A stretch of 64,000 nt of DNA. Origin: Tubiluchus corallicola (taxonomy: Eukaryota > Animalia > Priapulida). Below, one piece after another: positions 24,037 through 36,780 of the stretch. The stretch lies in contig JAQGDQ010000230.1 of assembly GCA_030141605.1 (NCBI GenBank), positions 62,001 through 126,000 of the forward strand, written 5' to 3'. Under the pieces are notes generated by a model. It made no database searches. It saw only the letters and a program-made list of their open reading frames with translations, and had not been told where the DNA came from. Position 1 is the first letter of the stretch. Every line of letters begins with the position of its first letter. The position numbers and the translations under genes were made by a program.

Positions 24037-25713
24037 GCACAGTCTGTGACTATATCTCAGGTACACAAATATTTAATTGTCTTTCTCTGTGCTGCCTTTA
24101 TAATATATTCACTGTAGTTACTGTTCCGAAACTCTTCATTTTCATTGTTAACGTTTTATATTGCAACTACTTTTCACTTTCAATTGACATTTAAACAACA
24201 CCTCTGTACATGTGTGCTGTAATTATATGCTCTGTAACTAGGGTATTCATCATCTTAGCATCTATTGTCTTTGGTCCTATCATGTCATTTACCTAATCAA
24301 TAAATGGCCTATTGACATAGTGAGTTTTCTGTACATCTGATCTTTAAGCTCATAAAAGAACTGCGTATGAAATGCCAAAACACTATGTGAAGTAAGGTAC
24401 AAGACAAATAAGTCTCTTCGCTAAAATAATAATACTGCAGTATTGATAGAAGATGCATTTCTATTGAATGCATTGATCACTTTGCTTTTTGGTCGCAATC
24501 TGATACTCTAAATTTAGCTTTTACAGAAATAAAAAATATTTGTATTATTTTTATCATTTATCATGGATTATGTGTCAATGCTTTTAAACTTTATTATGTG
24601 GGTTTTACTTGATTTTCTTAAAACTTAATAACGATTTTCAGATACCCAGTGTGATTCCAGCTCCCATTTCACAAGACAACTTCATTACTTGCTGCTTATG
24701 CTGACAAAAGTATCTAGTGTCCACTTTATGTGTAATTGTGTTGTTTTTGGACCAGAAGGTTGGGCATCTAGTGACTTTTTTACTCGATAAAAACTTGAAC
24801 TGCTGGCATCCATGAATTATTTACAAAAGAAACAGATGGAGTACCTGACACCTGACGGTATAGGCATTTTCAGGATTTGTCACTCTTTTAGTTTTCATTT
24901 ATTGTTCATTTAGCAAGTGACAATTGAAATTCTGTCATGCATTGAGTCAGATTTGACCAAGCTTGAATTTTTTGCAATAGGAGTAAATTTTTAGGCTTTT
25001 TCTGGGAAGTAGTGGTATTATTAAGTATAAGCAATTTTTAAGCATTGCATAACTAGAATATTGTTCGTAGTGTTAACTTTCTAAATAAAAGAGTGTGGAG
25101 TGTGGATGGCACATCTTAAATGAGATGGCAACTAAAACGTTTTTGCTTTATTTGAATTTGCTATATTAAAAAATCTAGCTTATAAGCTTTTGTACTATTT
25201 TTGCCTGAAAAGGATGTGGCTTTCTATTTATTTAATGTACTTTAGCACACTGTAAATTGAAATCTAGTATTAGGGCTTGATCCTAATATTGAATGGTTAT
25301 GGGTGTTGATTGTTGCCAAAGATCACTACCAAAGATAATTTTTTAAGAGAAAAAAGTGAAGAAGAATTTAATACATGTATGCCCACCCTACCCGGAATTG
25401 CGTACTAGATGTGCATACAATAAAATTCATCCCAGTGTGCCATGAAAAAACAAAATTGACATGTTTCCAAGCTGAGGCAGAACAATTTAAATTGGTAAAA
25501 CCATAGGAAAGGTCATTAATTTTAGAGCTTATCTTATATGGCATCATTAAGTAAGTAGAATTTTGTAATTTACTAACCTAAGCCTGCTAACGTTAAAAAT
25601 TCAAAGCAAGATAAACTTGTTTCAAAACAAATGTTGCATGGAAGCTCTGTTGACTATAAACGGAATAATGTTTACAACAGTACTAGTTTCACACAATTGG
25701 CTGCAAGAACCTA

Positions 25714-25867
25714 AGGGAGGGAGGGAGGGAGAGAGAGAGAGAGGGGGGGAGGGGGAAGGGGAGTGAGAGGGAGGGAGGAAGGGAGAGAGAGAGAGAGAGA
25801 GAGAGAAGGGAGGGAGGGAAAGAGAGAGAGAGAGAAGGAGAGAGAGAGAGAGAGAGAGAGGAGGGGA
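25714..25867. repeat. Purine-rich (GA)n/(GGGA)n simple repeat
   Basis: Directly visible; only one pyrimidine on the + strand. Confidence 0.95.
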
Positions 25868-28479
25868 ACTTTTCTTACAGTGGGTTTATTTTGTAGGTAT
25901 AGGTTGTTTTAGAAAGTGGAGTTTTTCTGTAATTTTTGAATAAGTAACTCATCAAGCCACAAAAACTCTTTAGTCTATAGCAATAAATCAGAAAACTTGC
26001 CTGCTTGTAGGTCATTCTGCGCGTAGCCATGTGAGTTATCAATTTTCGATATAGTCGTGCAATTTATTTTAGGCAGAGATCTGCATACTTAAATCTGTAA
26101 TCCACCCCTCAATGTTGCAAAATAAAAGACTGAGTGGCACATGAAACTGCTCAGAAACAACCATCCATCTATTAGGAAGTCCCAGAGCCCAGGACTAATT
26201 AACTTCATAGCAAACACCACACCTACTCACACATTCCCCTTGCCCACTGCTTACCTTCTAGGCTATTGTTTATAGTGATCAGATGCTTTTATACCGATTG
26301 TGAATGGAACCAACATACTTTTAATATGTTCTTGCTGCAATATTTTGTGTAATTTTGTTATTTCCTAACATTCAGTCGAAGATTACCACAAATTTCCTAA
26401 TTTCCGGACAGTTTATATTCATTGTGTTGTGTTTTTGTTGCATGCAGTCGATGACATTTTCTATCAGAATCATTTTCTGTGTCTGTTAATGTGAAAAGAA
26501 ATGATTATTGATGTTTAAGTTTTTAGCACATCTGTGACTGTGATGTTTTTGTTGTGTTATTTCCAAATGCGCATTTTTAAAGCTGTATTCTTTATTTCAG
26601 ATTTATAATGTTAAATTTTTGATGTGTTAAATTTTATTAGTTAGTACAGCTTAATTATTTATTGTAATTAATCAATTCATATTTTTTGTAATTGTTATCC
26701 ATAACAAGTTTTGAATTTAGCAAAACTGTACTAAATAATGTTTTTATGTTGTTGCTAAAATATATAATACAGTCCTGTATTTCCTTGCATAAAATTACGG
26801 TAACGACGGATGCAGTCTCCAACCCATCTACTTTTCCACATGACTGTTTTTACAGGTCAGTGTGAAGCCAAAGGAAATGTGTCTGTGTGGCAAGTGCATT
26901 ATTGTGTTAACAAGTGGGCGGGTCTCAAAACTGTGACTAAATGTGTATGAGTGTTTTTGCAGTGTGAAGCCAAAGGAAACAGGTTATTAGACAAAGCACC
27001 AAAAACATTGCAGTTTTGCTGTAAACTTTTTAATTTGGAATTTATTAGTAATCAGGAATAGGCATTTTTAAACTTATCGCTGTTTCTTTATTTTTGTGTA
27101 CATTGTTTATTAAAAATCGAACTGCTTTTGAATGAGGTAAACATGTTTAAGATTTTTGTTATTAACTTACACTTTTTTCACAAGACGTGTGAAACTTTTT
27201 TCCCATAATAGACCCTAATGTGAATGTATTTTGTATCTTACTGTTTTGAGATATCCGTAACTTGCGTTCCGCCAGTGCTTTTTAGATATGCCCAGAAATA
27301 TCAGTGATTTTAATTTATACAGCTTGAAAATGGTGTCAAGATCAACCGTATCATACTAGAACTTGACAGTGTTATACTGCCTAGACTCGGTGATACTCAG
27401 AATATAACAGTTCATCCCTGGTGAATTGTAAGTCATTCACTCCTACAGGCCTATGCGGCATTTATTAATTAAAGCTGCTATGTGTGTCACTGGCTACGTG
27501 ATTGAAGCCATCACAATGTGCTACATGCTCTATGCGCGTTGCTTTCAGCCTTTGTCACAGTGATGTGTGATATGATACATCAAATAATATTCAAATTATT
27601 AGCTGCTGGGCGTTGCAGTAATATAGCGTGTCTATGTGGTCCATTTTGGAACAACACTAGTTTGACGAGTACAACAAGTTACAAGCTAGCTTTCCTACAG
27701 TCTGAAAATGTTAATAAATTTTTGTCGTAAAAGGTAGTTGTCATAACGCGGCATTTAACGCCGCAGTCAGTAAACAATAGGCTAGCTAGTCTATTTCAGT
27801 ATTACAACAGTACTTCAGTATTACATGATTTACATCATTACATTATCTGCCTGAGAAAAGTAAGGCAAAGTTAGCATTGAGTTCCTGACCATGCCCCTGT
27901 CCCAAGCTTTGTGTATCTCTCAAGTACATTGGTTCTCAATTAGTTTTATTTGTACACCCTCGAGGACATCAGACCACTACTTATTTTTTCGCATAATAGT
28001 CACCCACCGAAGTGTTCTTTTGGGAAATTTCTTAAACTCACACACATACAACACTCTGTTCAACAGTTATAGTATTTGCAAGCAAGCAAGAGTCGTGCAC
28101 TAATTAAATGTGTATAAACAGTTGCGACTAGCGATTACTATTATTTTTTGCATAAAACTGTGAAGTAAACTGCGGCGAATCTGACAACAATTATAAACTA
28201 CGCAGAAGGTCTTAAACTTGAGAAAGCTCACTTTAGTGACTGCATTCCGACGGTCAGCATTTTCCCAAGCAGCTTAAAGTTTTGAATCATGCAATTTTTT
28301 TCAAAGTTTTGCCCAAACACCATGTATTTTCTCGAGAATTTGCAGAGGCCTTGAAAAAAGTTTTATGAGTCCTTGCATATAAAGAGAACAGCCGACCTTC
28401 GCAAAAGAGCAGGTCTCTTGTAAAATGTTTCCACAAGGACGAATCACAAAGATTCATTCAGTTTTATTTCAAGGAACTT

Positions 28480-29300
28480 GTCACTAGGGAAACTACATAA
28501 CGCATGCCCTTGCATATCCTAGGATAAATCCGAAATTAAATTTTCAATCAACACAACATTAATTGTAACGTAATCACGCAATATGCTCTGCAAGAGTCTA
28601 CACTCAAACAGGAGTAGATGCTAGAAAGTATTCGGAGAGATGCATTATTAAAAATCTTGTGCCAAAAAGCACTACGCTGTATTGGGACATGCTGGCTGAA
28701 ACGCAGACATGGCCTATGTTTTGGAAAATAGAATATAAAAAATTAATGTACTATCACTTATTAATGAATTCAAATGATGAAAGGTTTTAAGAGTGCAAAT
28801 GAGAAGCAATTTTGATAAATGTTGGTATTCTGAAATTGAAGATATTATGATTAAATACAAAATTGACCTAAATGTAGTTGAATATAAATTCATTCAAAAA
28901 GTCTGAATGGAAGAAGTACATAAAAAGCGAAATTAATTTGTTTATCAAAAATAAATTTAAAATTAAAACAGGGTACATGAAAAAATAAGATTTCTAAAAA
29001 ACAACAGTTTTCAAAGGCAAGACTATGTGTTAAAATGTCGTTTAGATGAGATGAAAGAAATTATGGCCATAAGGTTAAACATTATTGATATAAAAGCAAA
29101 TTTTAAAAGTTTGTATAAAAAGATTTGAAATGTTCATTCTGTCGTTTTGCAGATGATGATACAGAACATATGTTTGAATGTAGGTCAATATGCATTAATA
29201 AATGGGAATTATCTGTGCCAGATATTAGTGATACTCACATAGATAAATTAAAAAAAGTTCGATTGTATGTCACAGAGCTTTCACAGCTAAAAGTGTAATG
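28480..29300 (+). mobile_element. Decayed non-LTR retrotransposon 3' end
   Basis: Broken frames resemble PKST.YW.MLAET.TWP and a terminal C..C....DTEHMFEC knuckle. Clade not determined. Confidence 0.5.
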
Positions 29301-31099
29301 AAGAAGAAATTTATGTGTATAAAGTGAACAAAATACGTGTTTTTGATCTTGCAAACTGGCACTTTTTATTTATGTCAGTTTGATCGCCGATTTTTAAAGA
29401 TGATCGTGTGTATCCACGGTAAGGGTTTTAACGTTAAGTTTTATCTCTTAGCTCCTTACCGTTATTAAAGATCAAACGGAGAAATAAGCCAACAATATTT
29501 ATATTGACTTCGTGAGTTTTTTTTATGGAAAATCTAATGCGTGCGACTGCATCACACGGTTGTGCCGTAATCCCACGCAGACAGACAACTGTAAAAATGG
29601 CTGTAGCACCGACACATTTTTTTAATTTGTCGCAGATAATCTTTTTTTAGCAAAACTCCGTCCACAGTTTGGCTTCAATACATTTTCATATTCTGTAAGT
29701 TACTCTACACTAGTTATAGGCTCAAAAGGCGTTGGTATCAGCTAGGTCCCTCCCATGCGCCGCAGTTCAAAGAGATCTGCCAAAACCAACAAGGCTGTTG
29801 GTAAGGTTACGGGGACATGTCATGCCCTACCCCCCCCCCCCCATAATTGTGTCTGCAGTACAACCTCACTTAAATGCTTCCTCAGTGTTAAATCTGTGTT
29901 TAATCCAAAAGTGTTAAATCTGAAAGACAAAAGGAACCATGCGAAGGTCTAAAACACATGACTTTTACAATGCAGTATATTGTAATAGTCATGTAATAAA
30001 TGACATTTACATTTATTACGAGACAAGTTTGTTAAACGTTTTATTTGCAGTGCTAGCTTCTTACTTAGGTTCCAAATCAAATAATTATCGCAATTACCCA
30101 TATTGTAGGCTTCTTGGTCAATACAGGCTAATCAGATACCACTATTGGTTCAGTGGCAGGTGGTGCATTTAATTTAGTTGTTAGGCCAAACTATCTGTCT
30201 ACACCGGACAACAAATCAACCTATTTGCTATTGACCAAACTCTGGGCTATATAATGTAAAACATGTTACCCACTAAATATTATTTAAAAAAGCATCTTCT
30301 TTCGAGGGTAGAATATATTATAAACACGATAACAAGCTTAATTGAAATGCTCAGCGGGATAACGAACAAAATCACAAATTACGTACATATGCCACAATAA
30401 TTAAGCAAATTAGCCATTAAATTACGTAGGCATGAATTAAAAATCGCATGCCAGAACAATTACAAGCCTAAACGCGTAAAATCAGTAAAACGCTGCATTA
30501 AAAGTCAATAAATTAGCCACTAAGGCCAAGAAATTGATTAATTTAGGCATAATAGTTCAAGAAAATTGTAAAAATGGATGTTATATAATGTTATGTTACT
30601 CATTGTTTAAGCGACTCGTCTGGAAAACAGCATACAATTGCATTATTTATGGTACTGGGTTTATTATTTTTGCTGTCACTGATAATTATGAGAATTAATG
30701 TCCGAGAATTATAACATTAAAAGAGGATTTATAGAAAATACCACCAGCAATGATACCATAATAGACTAAACGAATTTTCAGAATTGGATGCGTTTTGTTT
30801 TCTAAAAGTGTGCATAGCCACAGTGTGACAAATTGTTCGTCATCTTAAAAATGCGGAATAAAGGTGGCTATTGCAGCAGATAAGGCGGCGATTTGGTATC
30901 TGTATCATAGTTTTATGTTCAAGGAATGGATGCGTAAAGCTTAAAAATATCTATGACGTTACCTCAGCTAGGATTTCAAGATTCCAATATGCCTAATATG
31001 ATATACTTGTGAAATATATCAGCTATATTGCACGTTTTAATGCATATGGAATGATGTTTTTAGTTATATGTATAGGCTTGAAAAGTCAAGGATTTAGGG

Positions 31100-32900
31100 T
31101 TGTATCCAATATAGCTGCCATTTGTTGCCAAGATAGCCAAAAACATCGCCGCGTCAGCATATAAGGCCGTGTGCCGGTATCACTCCTTCAGGACAGTAAG
31201 CGTTTGAGGCATTTTGCATGGGTTCATGAAAAACTGCTCTCACTAAGCAGCGATTACGTTATAGTTTCTGCTCCTCACACAATGGATTGTACTCATGCAA
31301 AATTATACATGTATATGAGATGCATTTGCTAACCTTAGATAAATTAAAACCGATTTTCGATGAAAGAATTGAAAAAAGCTTCTCAGTGTATACAATGTAC
31401 AGTATCTCATGACCGAAATCGGCCAATGCAGAAAATTTCAACTATCTAAACACGACACTGATACATTTTGGCCTGAAGTCTACACTATTTTTAACGGGAA
31501 ATTTATGTTAAAAGGTGAAACGACTTTAACTTCTCCTTGGCTGATCGGTTGGATTTTCCTGGGCTGCAGCAAGCAGGCGATCAATAAAATAGTGTGTACG
31601 ATCACGCAAGTGTATACCAGACAAAGGTATTCAATAGGCTAAGTTGGAGTGCCTGAAAAGGGCGTGTTTTACTTAATTGGATTTTATCCAGTTAAATCAT
31701 TTATAAATGTTTAAACAAATAGTATGTTTGGACAGCCGAGATTCTCCTGAATAGAATAGTACCTAATTTTTAATAATTTAGCTGTATCTGTGCTCATACA
31801 GCAATAGAAAAGACATAGGTCTTATAAGACCTATTTGAATGGTTCGGTCCTGAAAGAGTTGCCGTAACTATGAATTGCGAATGCCGTGAGCCCTGAAAAA
31901 GGGCCCTAAAAAGGGCCGTGCTCTGTCCGCATTCTATACCAATACTGGTTGCGACTCGACTTGAGCATTTACAGAAATCACGTAAGTCAATGTCAGTGGA
32001 GGCAATTCCTCCATTATCTGCAACACTGTTGGAGCTGGATAGAATATTGTTGGACCAGGTACTGATCGCTATCTCAGCTTTACCATCACCGCTTGACTGG
32101 GGTCTGGAACAAATCAACCGTTGTGACATGGGACCCACTTTCGACGTTAAGACCCGGAGAATGTCAACAACTTATTAAATAATGCAGCTAGCCAGTTCAA
32201 AGGATGCCGTGACAGATGTAAATATGTCCAAGCAAATCTTGTTTGCACAGCTATGCAGATGTGGCCGTAAACGTGACAGATTGTTTTATAGGTAATGCTG
32301 TTTTTTAAACCAGGACAGTTGTTTGAACTTTTCGTTTCTTATTGCTGTCTTCTCTATCAGACACTATGTTGAGTGTGTATGTGCATACATAAAATCGTTT
32401 AGTTCTGTTCAATACGAATAACAATAATACTATCCTAAATCCTTGATCTTTAAAACCTATATCTAGATACTCAAGTCATCGCTCTGTCTCCAGTAGAATG
32501 TGCAAAATAACTAACATATCACACAAGCTGCTGCAGCCATCTTGGCGACCATCTTAAAATCCTAATTTGGTCATTTCGTAGGTGTTTTTAAGTATCAAAC
32601 CTGGATTCCGTCACTTTCCTCGACCTTGAAAGCTACATTTGCGCACCAAAATCATCATCTTATGTGTTCTAACAGTTAAGATGTGGCCTTAAAATGCTAG
32701 CGACTGTAATCTTGAAAATTGCGGTCATTACAGGCTATGTTGAATACTACAATTTTTTTTTCAAATTAAGCAAATTGATAAGACTGGTTTATGTTATCCA
32801 TTTTTAGAAAAAGAAACGCTTCCAGAACTTTATAGAAGCACCTTTTCGGAATTTTCTTTAATTTATAATAAATTAATGATAGCCCCAGAATCGGGCTGAG
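31100..32900 (+). mobile_element. Decayed DNA-transposon transposase with Cys-rich (CXC-like) tail; possibly CMC/Chapaev-type
   Basis: SVEAIPPLSATLLE...ALPSPLDWG followed by CQQLIK...KGCRDRCKYVQANLVCTA. Many stops and frameshifts; superfamily uncertain. Confidence 0.55.
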
Positions 32901-35507
32901 TAAGCCGGTGTCATACTTTTTTTATTCTGCAGATTTTCTAAGTTATGTTGTCTAGACTAGTACCCATATAACAAACAGCCAATTGTTTTTCTATCAGTCG
33001 AGGCGGATTTATAAAATTACGTCAGGCAAAGTTGATTTAAAAGTGCTTTAAGGAGGACACTGACTTCCTGAAAATGTTTTTATACTTTGTCCTTCTGTGA
33101 AATTTTTCTTCTTGATAAGTGCAGTATTAATAATGTAGACCTATGGTATTGTAGAATACACGAGTCGTATGAAAGTGCGGCCAATCGATACAAATTAGTT
33201 TGATTACTGTGTATCGGTTTTTCCGCGTCGACCCACTCACGTAACGTTGAACTGGAGAACGTGCTTTGCAATGAATCTTTTTGCTGTGTATTGTTGAAGT
33301 GTGTGGCTGGAACTGCAATTATTGCATACACGTCCGACAAACTAAAAATGGTCTTGTATCTTATAGTACATGTAATTGCCACCGTATTTAGAATAACCCA
33401 TTGCCTGTTATATGGGTGATTATTGGGCTTACTGAGTATGAATGCAATTGAATTGTTTGTGTTTTTGTTTCCTTGCTGCGTTAACAAAACAGTCATACAA
33501 AAGTAACTGCGATAAATTTGATTAAATTTAAATGAACATCACAACTAAAAATTCGCACATCGTTTCAAGTAGTGCCTAACGAGAAACTTTTGCTTAGATC
33601 ATAGTAGCTATTTAGCAGAGTATAAACGATGACTAAGCGCCTTGTAGTTTTCTCAGTTTAAAATCATCGAAATGGAAATGGGAACTATCCATCGCCATTC
33701 GACCTGCTGGAGACTTTTTTAGCAGCTCTCTGTCTTGAGACTCATTCTTCCTTCTTTTCAAAGACCTAGGTAGACTTTCCTTAAGAATCCCCTGAAGCAC
33801 GTAACTATTTCTGTTTATAGTGTATGCGCAAACATTTGAAAAACTCGAGTTCGAATCGGTGAAATCGATTGAAAAGCAGAAGCGAATTTAGATTTCGTGA
33901 GACCTTTAGTTATAGAAAGGAGGCCCGATGTTAAAAATTACACCGGAAAGAAAGACAAACGTGCGTATGAAAACAGGGATTTTGACAGCCATAAAAATTA
34001 AAAACATATATAATTATCTGTCTTTTAATTATTTAAAAAACAAGGTATTAAAAGTGAAAAATGCAATTGCTTCTGTTACTGATTTGTGAAAAAATTATTG
34101 AAGTGAATTTTGTCTTCATGTAACGAAATATAAAATATTTTTAAGCGCATTTTTGTGTCTATTTTATAGGATTTAATCTCATCGTGTATTATGTAAATGA
34201 GCAGATGACTATTTGAATTTTTTTAGGAAAATTTTTAATTTTATGAGATACCAGGTTCTTTTAACAATTTAGCAGTTTAACAGTTCTGTTGTCTGTTGTA
34301 TGAGTTAGCTGTTGTAACATTTAATGTGGTAACAAATTATTCAAAATCAACCACATATAAGAAAATTCGGCCAAGTAAATGGTTAATTATCAGCGCTATA
34401 TTAATATCTATATATATATAATAATAATCACGCTCTCACATTCTAAGCTATGCTATGTTTTCCCTAACGATTTTGTACTTTAATTTACATCTGTTTGTCA
34501 ACATTGTGTAACACAGATTAAGAATATTCATGCATAAGGTCCAAGCCGCAGAATGGATGCCGATGCAAACACTGATTCAACAATCCTCTTTTCGAGCAAA
34601 AGACTGTTCAGTGTTCACGTAGTTTAGGGTTCAAGTGAAATATAATTACTGAAGTAGTTATATAAATTTATTTTCAAAATAGCGCCCAAGATTATAAAAT
34701 AGTTTGATCTTAATTTGCTGTTCTGCCTAAAAGGTCGGTTTGGCGTCTAATCCTAGTTTGGTTAAGCTCAAGTTAAATCACTGTTACACCAATAAATATT
34801 CACTTTTTATCACGGTCAACTCTGTCATTTCAGACTTGTGCCCAATGCATTCACTTCCGGAACCAGGCACCTTTAGTTTTCAGTGACCTTAATTGCAGAG
34901 TAAAATTAATTACGGCTATCTCAAGATCTCAGCTGCCCGTCTAGAAAAATAACCAAATAGTAGTAATTTGAATTGCACCCATTTAAAAATTTATCCACAA
35001 TCTTCTTGGACGCCATTTTGAAAGAACGTGATTGCCTATTAGTGCCTGTGTAGTCCAATAATGATTTAATTGTTTTCAGCAGATTCCTTGAACCTAAAAT
35101 CTAAAATCATCTGTAGTGGTTGAATACCAATTATATCTAATTGAGATAATTATAGAATTTTAAGCTTTCGGTAACCATCTTGACGTCGTTTTGAAACAAC
35201 ACGCTTTAGTCGGTGAGCTTTTTCCATCGTGAGTTCAAATAATCTAGGAAGTAGACGGTAAGATTATCTTAATCATCTTCTTTGGAAAGCAGTCTTTGTC
35301 AGCACCTAACAGCAGAGAAGTGGCATATCAGGAGTGGCATAGACAAATTAACAACTGAGAACTGCCACGTTTGCAACAAAACCATTTCTTATTTGATTAC
35401 CTACCCTCAGGACAGTATGGCTTCTAATTACATGCAGATATATATATAAGATTACATGTAGATCTCTTCAGTACAAATAAGAAGTTTTTTAGCTCGCCGG
35501 ATGTTGG

Positions 35508-35769
35508 CAGGGCCTATTTCAAGGGGGGGGAAGTGGGGATACTTCCCCGGGGCCTCATCCTCCAGGGGGGCCTCGCACCGCGGTAACATTATTTTTTTTG
35601 CTTTATGTACACATACTGTATAACTCCATATTTTCTCTTCGAAAATGCTTCTCCGGCGTTCTAGCAGTTCAAAAATTTTCTGCGCGCCAACCATGTTGGC
35701 GCCCCCCCCCCCGAGGAGGCCTCACACACCCCACTTCCCCGGGCCTCGCTTAGGCTGAAATAGGCCCTG
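35508..35769. mobile_element. hAT-type MITE
   Basis: TIR cagggcctatttca / tgaaataggccctg with a perfect 8-bp TSD gatgttgg (35500-35507 and 35770-35777). Confidence 0.9.
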
Positions 35770-35779
35770 GATGTTGGTC

Positions 35780-36780
35780 ATTATTTTTCGCTAGGAAGGA
35801 ATGAAAGCTGTAGTAGATTAGAAGAAAATCACGAAAAGGTGCTTCTATAAAATTCTGTAGTCAGTTTTATAAATTTGACTATGCTGAAGCCGAAAAAACT
35901 GTTGCCAGCTTAAAAAATTAGCGGAAAGGAATCACAAATACAAAAAAATGGCCGCCAAGTTTTTGCAAAAACTACATAAATCAAAAGAAATTCTGGAAAA
36001 AATTTATACTAAGAAATGACTACGACATCTGTTCTAGTTTACATGGACCTAATCAATCAATTTCTGTTACTTTCGTTTCAAAAATGGCCGCCGTGGTAAT
36101 GAATGCGACAGATTGTTTTAGATGGTGTTATCTATATAACATAGTACCCGGATAAAGTACCATAGTACAAATTCTGACCTGAACTGTTTATTTCTTATTG
36201 CTTGGACCATTCATATCTGTTACGTCACTCTTCGGCTGGCTGGCAGTAACATTTAATAAGTTGTTGACACGCTTCAGGTTTTAATGTTCAATGTGGTTCC
36301 TTGTCACGTCTGTGGCTCTTTGATCCGCAGTCAAATGGTGATGGCAATGCTGGGACTGACCAATGCCTGGCGCAATAGTATCTTGCTTGATATACCACAT
36401 GTCTGGTGTGCTTCAACAGTGCGGCAGATGCTGGAAGAATTGTATCAACTGATATTACCGTCTTTGTAAACATGCCTTACGTGCTTTATCAACTGACACA
36501 ACAAAACGTTCTAGCACAGACATGAGTTCAGTTAGCTACTCATGTAGCATTTCTTAAAGGTACAAACGCTACTGTTATGTGGGCCAAATCGCTCTTTTTA
36601 TCTCTATCTGTAACTGCTAAAGTCTAATCGCAAGCACTATTGACATGGAATGCTAACAGAGCTGATGATTTCTCGTTTTTTGCGTTTTTGACCCTTTTCT
36701 GGTAATTTTTTAAGCCGACAACAGTTTTCCTCGAATTCAGCATAGTCAAATTGATATAACTGGCTTATGTTGCCCACTTT
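35780..36780 (-). mobile_element. Second decayed copy of the CXC-tailed transposase family
   Basis: Minus-strand FTKTVISVDTILPASAALLKHTRHVVYQA...PALPSPFDCG. Shares a subterminal sequence (35817-35860) in inverted orientation with 32821-32862. Confidence 0.55.

Noticed and set aside
27323-27427. Exon-like stretch (tatacag|LENGVKINRIILELDSV...|gtaagt) downstream of GNPAT
   Set aside because: It has an in-frame stop, GNPAT already ends in AKL, and the sequence resembles a common cttgaaaatg..gtcaag.tca interspersed repeat.
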